DNA of 64,000 nucleotides from Chrysomallon squamiferum (Eukaryota > Animalia > Mollusca), in NCBI GenBank assembly GCA_012295275.1, contig CM022679.1:9300001-9364000 (forward strand), in the 5' to 3' direction. This document shows, piece by piece, positions 1-11,227 of the stretch. A model generated the notes under the pieces. The model had not been told where the DNA came from and searched no databases. It saw only the letters and a list, made by a program, of their open reading frames with translations. Position numbers and translations under genes: made by a program. Within the stretch, counting starts at the first letter, position 1; each line of letters begins with the position of its first letter.

Positions 1-1527
1 AATGATCATCGCTGGTGACTGTCGCATCCCTGGTAACATGATCAGCTTGTGTATGGTGACTGTTAAACGGCAACAAAGTCTACTTCACTTCACCTTAACA
101 TCATCACACACACGTCATCAAACCAAAACATGGCTCAAACTTAGCATTAATTTGTTATGTGTATCATTAAACAAAAGAAAGAAAAACTTACAATGAAATT
201 TGTTTTTTTTCTTTTTTACAAGAGATACATGAAAAAAGAAATGTGCCATTTACAAGAGTAATGTTTGTACAATTAAAAAAAAAAACATTACTAGTAACAG
301 AGATACCAGAATTCATAATGCTAAAAATCTCAATGATTTTGTAAAAGAAGAAATATCAGGAATCTTGGATAAACAAGCTGTAATTAAAATTATTAAATAA
401 GCTTATGAGTCAACTCAGTTTTTATCAAAAGCCTTTTTACATTTGACACCTGTATTTTTAAGTGAAAATCAGAGACTTTATATAAAGAAAGACTTAGATT
501 GATCAACTGTACAGTGAGGGTTAAAAGTCCTTCCAAAACTTTTACTTGGTCTGCATATAACTTTCTTTTCCTTTTGTTCTAACCAAAAAAAACAGTTACT
601 GGAGTGTACTGAAAACAAATACTAGTAATATTCTCTGAATGAGGTTTTTAATGCACAAAAACCAAAATGATCTTCAGGATATTTTAACAAATAAAATGGT
701 TATATGTGAATCCAGAATGAAGTGACGTTACACATCAATGTGTTTGTTGTCAGTCTAAATCGACCCCTCTTTATAGGATTTTCACTCATTTCCTGTCATG
801 TTCTTTGTTCATGTATTTCTCAAATTAATGTTAAAAATTCTTGTCAGTACAGATTATACTTCTATCATTCTTTTCCTGGCATCTAGAACATGCTGTGCAG
901 CTATGATGCATTAGTGTTTTATAGACTAATTTAGTCTATAAAATAATTATCTAAATGAATCTGCACACGATGCTTTTTCACATATTACTAATTTTAATAC
1001 CATCTGTTAAATAAATAATGTATTCAGAATCCCATTTTCTTTGACTAAAGACATTTGATTATTTGTTCATTTTAAACACATAATTTGAAATTTATGCAGT
1101 CACTTAGAGCTTTACTGTTGTTAAAAAAAGATTTAGGAAACTAAGAAAATAAAAGTGAATATTTGAATACATTAAAGAACATCAAATTCAAGGACCTTTG
1201 GACTAAGACACAGGAATATTTGTAATTATTTTTCTTATGACAAATTGATTTCTGTCCAAAAATAAACAATATGTAATATTTTAATAGTTTCTGCTTTCTT
1301 TTTGACAAATCGTTAATTAGAAATTATTTTATACAGACTTAAAGTGGTGTTCATATTCAAATCATTGTTAAAAGCACTGATGTCCTTGCAGAAATTTAAA
1401 AAAACAATTAAATAATAAAAAAAAACATTTGCAGTCTAATAGCTGCACTGCATGTTTAAAATTAAAAAAAAATGTTAGAAAAGCTTTCAAATTTTTAAAA
1501 GCTGATGTTAATCTAGAAGAAAGATGG

Positions 1528-1559
<32 letters not shown>

Positions 1560-1798
1560 GAAAAAAAAAAAGATTGTAGATCAACAAAATATTAATATAA
1601 ATGATTTAAACAAAATGAGAACATAATACATAAAAAAGGAACTTCTAACCTGACCTACAAAATATATTTCCAATCATTTTTTTTTTTTTTTTCCCTTTCA
1701 GAGAATGGCACTCACCTGAGAAACTGAAAAGGAAATGTTGTGCACATGAGGAAAGAAATCATCTATAAAGAACACTTACCTTTATTAGAAATGGTACC

Positions 1799-4700
1799 TC
1801 AATGATCTGGAGAAATATTCTCACTCTGCGATGCACCGTTATCAAGCTGCCGAGTGGTAATGTCTTGTGAATAGTTTTCATCTTCAGTTTTGTCGCTTTC
1901 CATCTCATTCGACTGGTATTGCTTTGTTGGGGAATGGCTACTTCTGTCACATGACAGTCTTGTTTCGTCTTCAGATTTGCTCCGTTTCTCTCTAGATATG
2001 CTTCTTTTCTCCCTGGATTCCCGAGAATGGCTTCGTCTGTAGATTTTGTCGTCATTCAGCCTCGCTGTTAATTACAGAAAAAACTTAATTACATTTCAGT
2101 CAGTTTTTCAATTTTTTATTAATATTTCCCCCCTCCAAAAAAAAAAACAACAACAGAAACACGACAGTATTTATTGAAAAAAATAAATAAATAAAATAAA
2201 ATTAAAATAATAAAGTAAACACTTTTACACTCAGATTTCATTTCATTTGTGTAACAGTAAAGAAGTTTCTTTATCTTTCAAATCCTTGAACATTTTGAAT
2301 CTTTAACTTGTTTATTATTTAGCAACCAATGCCTTAATTTTTTCAATGTTGTAAGCATGTGCTAAACAGTCGCATATTTGTTGCAGTTACACAAAAAATT
2401 TAATTTTTTGCTGGCAGACATTTTGAATCCTCTAAAAACCTGACAGAGAACATAACGATACTAATATAACAACTAAAAAAACAAAAAACAAAAACAAAAA
2501 GAAAATATCTCTATAATCAAACTAAATATAGAACCATCTCTTTTGAAAAAAACAAAAAAAAATTAAAAATAGCAATTGAAGTTTAACAGCCATTAAAATC
2601 AATTCAAATAATGGTTATTTTCTGCAGCTGCTGTTCATTAATAATGTCTAGTATGACTAATTTATTTCCCTGTGACAAGACATCAGTCAGACAGTTATAT
2701 TTTAACAGCTTCATTGTAATGGGATCATGGATACCTCCATCTGTCGATGCTGTGTTATTGTTTTACCTTTGTCCCTACTGCTATGATCTCTACTCGTCGA
2801 TCTCAGTCTGTCTCTGCTTCGTGACCTCCTTTTCACGTCTCGATCCTGACTTCTGGTTCTCTGTTTCATTTCTCGGTCTCGGCTCCTCCTGCTGCTCGAA
2901 TGTCTCCTTGATCGGCTCCTTGAGCGAGAGCGGGCAGATCGACTGGATCTGTGTCGATCCTTACTTCTTGAGTGTTTTCTGTGTCTGCTCCTGCTTCTTG
3001 TGTGTCTCCGTCTGTAATGTAATCAAAATAAATGATTTTTACACAAATACTCACACCAGTATTAATTAAAACAACATTTACAGTGAAAAGATAAATTTAA
3101 TGATGGAATAGTGTGAATCTGTTTTGATAGACAAAATAAATATTTCAAGATTTTTATTAACCTGGTTAAAATACGTAATCAGCAGACTTCATGGCTGCAA
3201 GAAAATTAATCTTCAGTTACAAAGAGTTCTGATAATTTCATTAATGAACTAACCTCTCTCTGCTACGATCTCGTCTATCCCGACTACGTGACCTTCGACC
3301 TCTACTTCTTGATCGACTACGTCTTTTCTTCTCTCGTTCTTTTCTTCTTTCTTCCCTTTCCTTATCCTCTTTCTCCTTTTCTTTTCTTCGTCTTTCCTCT
3401 CTCTCTCTTTCACGTTCTTTTTCTCTGTTCTCTCGTTCTTTTGCTAATCTTAATTCTTTAGCTTCTCTTTCTTCAGCATCTTCTCTCAGTTTTTTCTGCA
3501 ACACAGATCACAAATGATAAATATGCTAATATATACAAACAGAATTTAACAAATGCCATTAAAAACACACAGTAAATTTCTAGAAAACTGACACAAGACA
3601 AAATCAACCCAAAAACTTAAGAAATAAATTTCGTCCTTAATACCAAAAATGTTAACAAAAATGTGCCATAAATAGAAAATCAAATCTAGACACCAAGAAT
3701 AAATGAATGAAAAAAAAAATTACAGGGATCATTTAAATCAATCATTCTAACATTGCTAATAAAACCCATTCTAAAATGATGAGAACAAAGGAGCGGACAG
3801 ATTAGGTTTAAACACCATACGGTTTTTGGCCTGTGGACCCTACCTGCTTTTCATCAACATATGCTCTAATACGGGCATATCCTGTGTGCTGTCTACCGTA
3901 CAAGTGCTCATCAATGCGCTGTTGGGCATCTCCGACAACCAGAAATGCACTACATACACTGCACACTTCCAGTGTCTTTTCGGGATCAGCCCACTGAGGC
4001 CCGGTGGGGTTCTACAACATGAAAGGACAAAGTATTACGACCTCATTCAAGGACACTCACCTTATATTTCTCAACAGTTGCCCGCACGGTGGCATATCCC
4101 GCATGCTGTTTGCCTAGAATGTGCTCGTCTTGCCTCTGAGGCATATCTCCAACGATCAAGAAAGCACCGCAAACTTCACACACTGACATTTGTTTTAGTG
4201 GTGGTAGCTCGGGCATTGGTTGCTGTCAAGTAAAAAAGACAGATCCAGTAATTAATCTACAGAGCAAGCTGTGGGTCTGCGAACCAAGAAATAAAAATTA
4301 TTATTACCAGTTAACCTTTGCCCGCAATTGTTTTTTTTTTTTAATTGTTTTTTTTGTTGTTTTTTTTTAACCTTTAGGTATTTTTACTATTAGTTTTTTT
4401 TTTTTACCAGTTATCTTGAAAAATTCATTTAAATTTGTGCCTTTGCAACTGTAACTTTCCAAACACGACAGATGTAAAGACAATTACTGAATATGGTCAT
4501 AGTTTTATTTTTCACAATTTACCAACTACCAGGACACCATTCTACACCATTTTTTTTTTTTGCTTTAAAAAATTAGTGTTAATAAGATAAAATAGTAACA
4601 ATAACAATAACAATAACAGTAATAAAATATAACTAAAAAGCTAATCCAAACTGGTGAAATGACCCAATTCAGTATTACGTAGATTAATTACTGTGATCTC

Positions 4701-7700
4701 TCTTTTTTTTTCTCTTGGAAATCAGCATGTCTTCTGTATCTACTATATCAACTCAAATAACAACACCACAAAATAAAACACATTAAATAAAACCATGGAA
4801 TCCACTATCTATATTAAAAACATATTTTCTTTAAAATTATAAACAAGTACAATATTTTAATTTGTTCATAAAAATAATTTTTCTTCACTATGCAAAAGAT
4901 CAAAAATAAATTACTATTCAAGTTTAACAAAAAATGTAACAGAATAACTTTATATTTAGTATTTGCATTTTGAAAAGGCTGTAACAAGGAAACATACAAA
5001 TCTTGACAACCAACCAATTCATGTAAATTTTCTAATTAATATATTTTCCAGTGACGTGCATTGTCGTATTTGTTACCAATTACAGGGAATAAATGGCAAG
5101 ATGGCTAATGATTGGTCTTTCTCCATAACAAATAAAACATTGGATTTATATTTCAAAAATACGATATTCAAAGAATAAAAACACAAAGTAACTAAACTTT
5201 AAAACCATTAAACACACCAATGACACGACATATTTATGACATATGTGCAGAATACAGCAAGTTACCAATTATAATTATTTTACTTAACTTCAACATTCTT
5301 TAAACAGGCATCATGTACAGACAACTGTTCATGAAAATTATTACAGAAAATCTTGAACCTCTTTTAAAAATATTCTAACTTTAAAAAAATATATATATAT
5401 ATTTATTCAGTCATTTTTTAATTGGTGTATTTAATACGACTGATAAAGCAACCATTAATCTTTTGTTAAAAACAGTGCTTATCCAATACATAAATATTTT
5501 ATTTCAAACTGCCCACCATTTCCAGCTGACGTCTTTCTTCTCGTAACTGGTCGCACAACTTCATGACTCCCTGGGCTTCCTCGACTTTACCTTCACAGCC
5601 CAGCTGTTCTGCCTAATAATAATAACATCAAAATTATATATATATATATATATATATAAATACACATATACACACACACATTTTACTCGTTTTCCAAATA
5701 ACAATTTTAATAATGGTACTTATTTATACATATAAAAAAATATATATTCTTTGATTGTATTATTATTAGTGTTTCAAATTAAAAGATTATACATAAATTT
5801 AATGGTACTTATTTATATTTAAAAAAAAAAAAAAATTATATTCTTTGATTGTGTTATTATTAGTGTTTCAAATTAAAAGATTATACATAAATTTAAATAG
5901 ATTCTAAAGTAACTTAGTTGAGAACCTGAGTGTTCTTTAGCTATTAATATCCGCTGTGTGATAAGTGAATAAAAATAGATCTGAAAACATAATACAAAAA
6001 CACAGACTATCTTTACATGAAATAAAAATAAAAATAATAATGAAATTGTTATTACCTGATTTACAAGTTCATTTATTTTTTCTGTTAACATTTCAGCTTT
6101 GTCCTCTTTAGCACTGGGGAAATTTCCATTCAGCTGAAACAAAATAAAATAACACTTCTTTTTCATTCTGACCTAAATAATTTCTCAATACAATCATATT
6201 CTTCAAAACAGATTACATTTTTTATTAATAATCTGTTTTGTTTATGTATTAAGAATATATTTATTTAATAAAAATGGAATACAGCATTCTGATTCCACTT
6301 GTACAATATCTCATTGTATGAAATATTTTCTGCTTCTATTTACATACAATAATCTCTGAACAAGCAATTGAATGTTTTCTTTTAAAGAGAGAAAGTGTAT
6401 ATTTAATTTATCCACAACTTTACAAATAGCAGAAATTTAGATTGGCAGTTGTTGTTTTTTTAAGCTACGAGTGATTCAGATAAACATAGTTTGAATTAAT
6501 TATTTGCACTAATATAGCTGTGAGATTAAGTGCATTTGGTGTCTCAACTTTAAAGGAAATCTGCCTTATCAAAACAAAATTTAAAATTAAAATTTTAAAC
6601 CAGTTAATGTAAGTATAATGAATATAGCTGTTACTTACAGTTCCTTGCATGGCATTTAAAGCCAAACGTTGATGTCCTCTTCGGATTCTCTTTTCCACAT
6701 CAGCAATAAGGCTTTGCAAAAATCGCATAAACTCTTCTTCATAACCACACTTTTGATAACGAGAACTCTGTTCATATCTACAAAAGAAAATATAACAAAA
6801 AACTGAATTCATGCATCAAAATAATAATGATAATAATGAATGTACTCCATGGAACTGCCCCATTCATTTATGAACAGTCTGGTAAATCCAGTGGCTGCTG
6901 GGCTATGCTAAATTAAATTAGGTTTATATGAATATAATGGTGGTACTCAAGTTGATTCCAATTTCCTAATTAGGTAGATTAATATATATATGATGAAAAA
7001 GTAAATGAACAATTCTCTATTAATTTGAATGTTACTTACTCTTTTCTAAGTATTTCATCATGTACCTTTGGACACTGACCTGCAAATCAGTAAATAAGAA
7101 CACAAATTAAAATTGAAATTCAATACAATATGATATTAGTTGTTTTATATAAGAAAAGAAATTTAAATTTCCAGTACACATAAAATAAAAATCTGTTCTG
7201 CATCGTTACCTTTATAAAAGTTAAAGTTTTCTTTACACAGATTTTTTTATTATTCATTTACATTTTTTTTCTTCTTTTTAATGTTATTTCAGGCACTGCT
7301 CAACAGCACCTTCAGTATTCTTAATCTTTTATAGTAAATACTTATATATTACACAATTGAATATCCTATCAGGGCAATGTGCAGTAGAAAAAAAAAAACA
7401 AGGTAGAAAACTGCATATTTCAGAACGTTTTGACTAAATGAGAGAATAAGACATCAACAAGCCATTATCATAAACATAAAATTAAACATCTGCATGTATG
7501 CATCAGCATTCTGTTTAGAACTAATAAAAATCTAAATATTTAATCAAACACATACACAAGTGGTAAAATTATATAACAAATGTTTATGATTACTTGCATT
7601 CTGCTAGCAGTACCTGGAGAACTGGACCCAACTTTTGTAGGTTTGTAAACTGTAATCACTACTGTACATGTAATTTATGTAGTCATTTATCATGTCCATC

Positions 7701-9573
7701 TCAAATTAGTTTAATTTGTGTACCAGTTTACTTTAATCACAACAGTAAAATAATAAATGCATTCATACTGTTGGTCACATGATATTCTTTCATGTCACCA
7801 GCTAGTGAGGACATCCATCTCTGTAGTATTTCGTTGTCGATATGAAGTGTTTATCAATTAACTAAATGTCTTAAGGATGAGATTTGTGTTTACTGTCATT
7901 AACAATTCCATGAGGTTCGACTGACACAAATAAGGCATATTAATGATCATTATACCAGCTTCCTTGTGTCATAAGTGATGTAACAGGAAAAGGACACAGA
8001 ATTATTTTTAATGTAATTAAATATTTTTGGTTTGACATCCATCACCAGATCCATTTTGTTTTTTTATGCTGGGGTGTTGCTAAACATTCATTCATTTACT
8101 TTCTGTAAATATCTGAAGTTATGTGCAGATTATAAAATGGTTTGCATTATATATATATGAACCAGTTCTGTAAAAAAATAAAAAAATAAAAAAATAAAAA
8201 ATACAATGCTGTGTATTATACACTGGTTCTTGTTGCAATCAGCAAAATACAGTATTCATCACATTTTAAATATATCTTTCTAGAAAGAGTTCTGAATGTG
8301 TATTAAAGTGTGTGTTTGTGTCAACAGAAATATACATGTATTTACTTACCAAGATCAGCACGTGTGTTAACAAATAGTTCATGTGGACAGAAACCACACA
8401 GGAAATATTTACATATCTGGAAAAGAATCAAATTGCTTTTAGTATCTAGGGACAATAGTTATGTATCTAACCTGAATAAATCCAATATACCTTACAGAGA
8501 TAAAAATGGGAAGAAACTCAAATCATAACAGATGATTTTTAAGAAGTTATTTCTAATACATTTTATTAGTTTACTTGAAATAAAAATGGTTTTAAGAACA
8601 TTAAATCAATAAATGTCATATGAAAATCAGGAGTCAAGTTTTATATAACTAACTCATCTACAGCCTACATCTTTTGGTGTTAAATTAATCATGTACACTT
8701 TGTAGTCATAAGGATAAATATATTAGTTGTTATAAAATCAATTTAAATTTCAGTGTAATCTGCCTCTAGAGTGAATAATTTTGATGGGTTTTATCCATAT
8801 TATAGAATAAGGTACATTTAATTTTTTTAAATGATATTCATTTTCCCCGTCTAGATAACATATATATATATATATATATATATTTAAGGTAGTTAAATGA
8901 CACAGGGGTGGCCATTTAAAAAATAAAATCAACAAAGAGCCCTTAATGATATATATATATATATATATATATAAATATATGTTATATGTATTCATTTCCA
9001 GACCCATTTTAAACCATTCTAGACTACTGATTTATGATGGTATTAGTTTCAGTGTTGATATTTTGGATACGGTCAAGTTTGGTTTTATAATTCGTAGGAC
9101 TAAATTTATGTTAGGATTATCATTGAATGTAAATAATTGTAATCAGTAATGGTTAATGATTATATTGAATTATTTTTACAATTTCTATTGTTTGTAGATT
9201 CTATATTTTACGAATTCAGATACCGAAAAGGTTGAAAATCTTTCAAAATACAATACAATGGAAGTATAAAATGCAATTCAAGTTGCTGAAAACTTGTAAA
9301 GATAAAGATTAAATGCTAATATTTGCAATTAGTTGAATTACGAAAACGGAAGGACGCACGGTTTCGTTTCTAACTCTAACTAAGCATGCACAAACGAACA
9401 AAATATACTCCTAACAATATCGCAACTTGTTTTCATTAGTGGATATCAGATATGTTTTTGATCATTTCTACCTCTGGATCATCCCAATGTACTTCACTCT
9501 TCTGGTCTGTTGGGGCAAGATTTCTACCCCTTCCCATTAATTCATCTAATAACGCCGCCGCACTAGCCGCCAT
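1799..9573 (-). CDS. LUC7L3: LUC7-like protein 3 (U1 snRNP-associated splicing factor, CROP); 10 coding exons with alternative exon 7a/7b, ~478-480 aa
   Basis: Hand-assembled exons (minus strand): 9472-9573, 8350-8416, 7040-7079, 6639-6777, 6056-6133, 5517-5612, [4061-4222 or 3844-4011], 3254-3495, 2767-3011, 1799-2064. All are GT-AG with consistent phases. Protein starts MAASAAALLDELMGRGRNLAP..ICKYFLCGFCPHELFVNTRADLGQCPKVHD (ZnF1), then GCEGKVEEAQGVMKLC, ZnF2 CEVCGAFLIVGD..HILGKQH and an RE/RS-rich C-terminus, all diagnostic of LUC7L3. Confidence 0.95.
3844..4011 (-). CDS. LUC7L3: LUC7L3 exon 7b, zinc finger 2 variant B (56 aa)
   Basis: Acceptor TTTGTCCTTTCATGTTGTAG, donor CAG|GTAGGG, 168 nt, phase 0/0. 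Translates NPTGPQWADPEKTLEVCSVCSAFLVVGDAQQRIDEHLYGRQHTGYARIRAYVDEKQ (C-x2-C-x15-H-x5-H). Confidence 0.9.
4061..4222 (-). CDS. LUC7L3: LUC7L3 exon 7a, zinc finger 2 variant A (54 aa)
   Basis: Acceptor TTTTTTACTTGACAG, donor AAG|GTGAGT, 162 nt, phase 0/0. Translates QPMPELPPLKQMSVCEVCGAFLIVGDMPQRQDEHILGKQHAGYATVRATVEKYK (C-x2-C-x15-H-x5-H). Confidence 0.9.
4232..4708 (-). promoter_or_regulatory. Long-range inverted repeat (putative pre-mRNA stem) covering the 3' splice site of LUC7L3 exon 7a
   Basis: Plus 4232-4260 AAAAAAGACAGATCCAGTAATTAATCTAC is the reverse complement of plus 4679-4708 GTAGATTAATTACTGTGATCTCTCTTTTTT: 15 bp perfect, a 1-nt bulge, 5 bp, 1 mismatch, then 8 bp. Confidence 0.7.
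5711..5895. repeat. Intronic tandem duplication, ~90-bp unit x2
   Basis: TAATGGTACTTATTTATA...TATATTCTTTGATTGT.TTATTATTAGTGTTTCAAATTAAAAGATTATACATAAATTT occurs twice back to back. Confidence 0.8.
8066..8096 (+). mobile_element. Short retroposon (SINE-like) 3' tail fragment
   Basis: ATGCTGGGGTGTTGCTAAACATTCATTCATT is nearly identical to 54672-54706 and ends in a (CATT)n tail typical of SINE/LINE 3' ends. Confidence 0.5.
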
Positions 9574-11149
9574 TTTGGCATAACCCGACCACGTTTTCAA
9601 TCGGTTATTTCCGTATATCAGCTCCGAATTAAATACACTGGTGTGCCAGATAGTTTATGGATATATCATTAACAGACTCTTGAAACGTAACAAAAATTAA
9701 TTTTAAATAAAAAATTTAAAATGACATTAAAAAACTAAAAAAACAACAACAACTAAAGTTTTTTTTTTTTTAAACTTTCGCAAAGCAAAACTATATTAAA
9801 GAGGAATAATATAAAGGTATGAAAATACGGTTTCTGCACAAAATAAAGAAAATGAAAACACTGAACAATAGACACACTCAGAGACATAACATGCTGAAAC
9901 GCGCCTGAGGGTAATAACATAATAAATATTTCCAAATGTGGGAGATAAAAAAATATATATAATAATAATAATAATATAATAATTTTCTAGTTTTAAGCTG
10001 ACCATTACTCGGCGATTTTCAAACTATATTACTTTCCTAATGTCAGTTTTCCGATTTGTTTTTCTTTTGCAACCGCTCATATAAATGAAACAGAGAATAA
10101 TAAATGAATTTGCTGAGATATGTAGAGTGTTATCTGAGTGATTATGATGATACAGTTATGTACGTGTTCATCTTAACGGATAGAAAAAATTAATGATATA
10201 TCCATAATTCATATATATATATATATACATAGACAAAGATATGTAAACTAAATAAAATAATACATACATACATAATAAAAAGTATATGAATTTCATTTTA
10301 AGCAGCAAAAATTGTATACTGATTTTAGTGTTTACTGCATATGTCATATTGTTTTATTTATATTATATTTTTACTTACGTATTTATTTATAATGCATTAT
10401 TTATTTATTTATTTCCTTCTTTCTTTCTTTGTTATTTTTATTATTATTAAAAAAAACAATTATCACGCCGTAGACATTTACTTTTTTATGAACACCAAAT
10501 AAATAAATAAATGGTAAGAGAAAGATTTTAAAACATAAATAAAAATATATATCGATTATAAGTTCTCTAAAAGGTGATGTTTAAAAAATTATAATAATTG
10601 TAAAGATAAGATAGAGAGATAGATAGATAGAATTATTTAGTGCTATTGCTTATAACTAGATAACTTTTAATAGTTCATCACAAAATTACACAAGAAATAA
10701 TTGAGTTTATGTTTTAAATACTATATTAATCTTCACCCCTACCAACAATAAATAAATAAAACTAGAAGCTAAACAAGAAAGCAATGTCAAAGTCAAAATA
10801 AGCAAAACAACAACAACAACAAAAAATCCTCCAAAACATGTTGTTATTTAAAATTGAAAAATTCGACATTGCTCAAAGAATAAGAACGATACTTACGCCT
10901 CAATTTTAAACGAATAATTTCTATACTTATTTAATACAATTTATGGCACTTCAGTGTAGTAGTTGGCGGACATGTACGAATATTTTCGTTTATTTTCGTA
11001 ATGCTGTATCTGCAAATATTAATATTTTTAAAATTCCGATGTTAAAATTTTTATAATAGTATATGTCTCAATAAATATATATAGTAACCAATATTTATAG
11101 CATACGTTTCTGGTAACTTTCAATTAACAGTGCGAAACTGCGTTTGGTG

Positions 11150-11157
11150 TGACGTCA
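11150..11157. promoter_or_regulatory. Palindromic CRE (TGACGTCA) in the GSPT1 proximal promoter
   Basis: Perfect TGACGTCA ~70 nt upstream of the GSPT1 ATG in a locally CpG-richer stretch. LUC7L3 and GSPT1 are divergent, with ATGs ~1.65 kb apart. Confidence 0.5.
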
Positions 11158-11227
11158 CTATCTGGTGTTCCACGCGGTGGACAAGCAAGTTAACGAAAAC
11201 AACGATTTTATTCCGTCAAATTAACAC

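Noticed and set aside
1759-3069. ORF-track proteins 1759-2055(-), 2611-3069(+), 2866-3054(-)
   Set aside because: Off-frame or antisense readings of LUC7L3 exons 9-10; the spliced RS-rich frame is different.
3826-4233. 135-aa plus-strand ORF
   Set aside because: Antisense shadow of LUC7L3 exons 7a/7b; non-ATG start and no recognisable domain.
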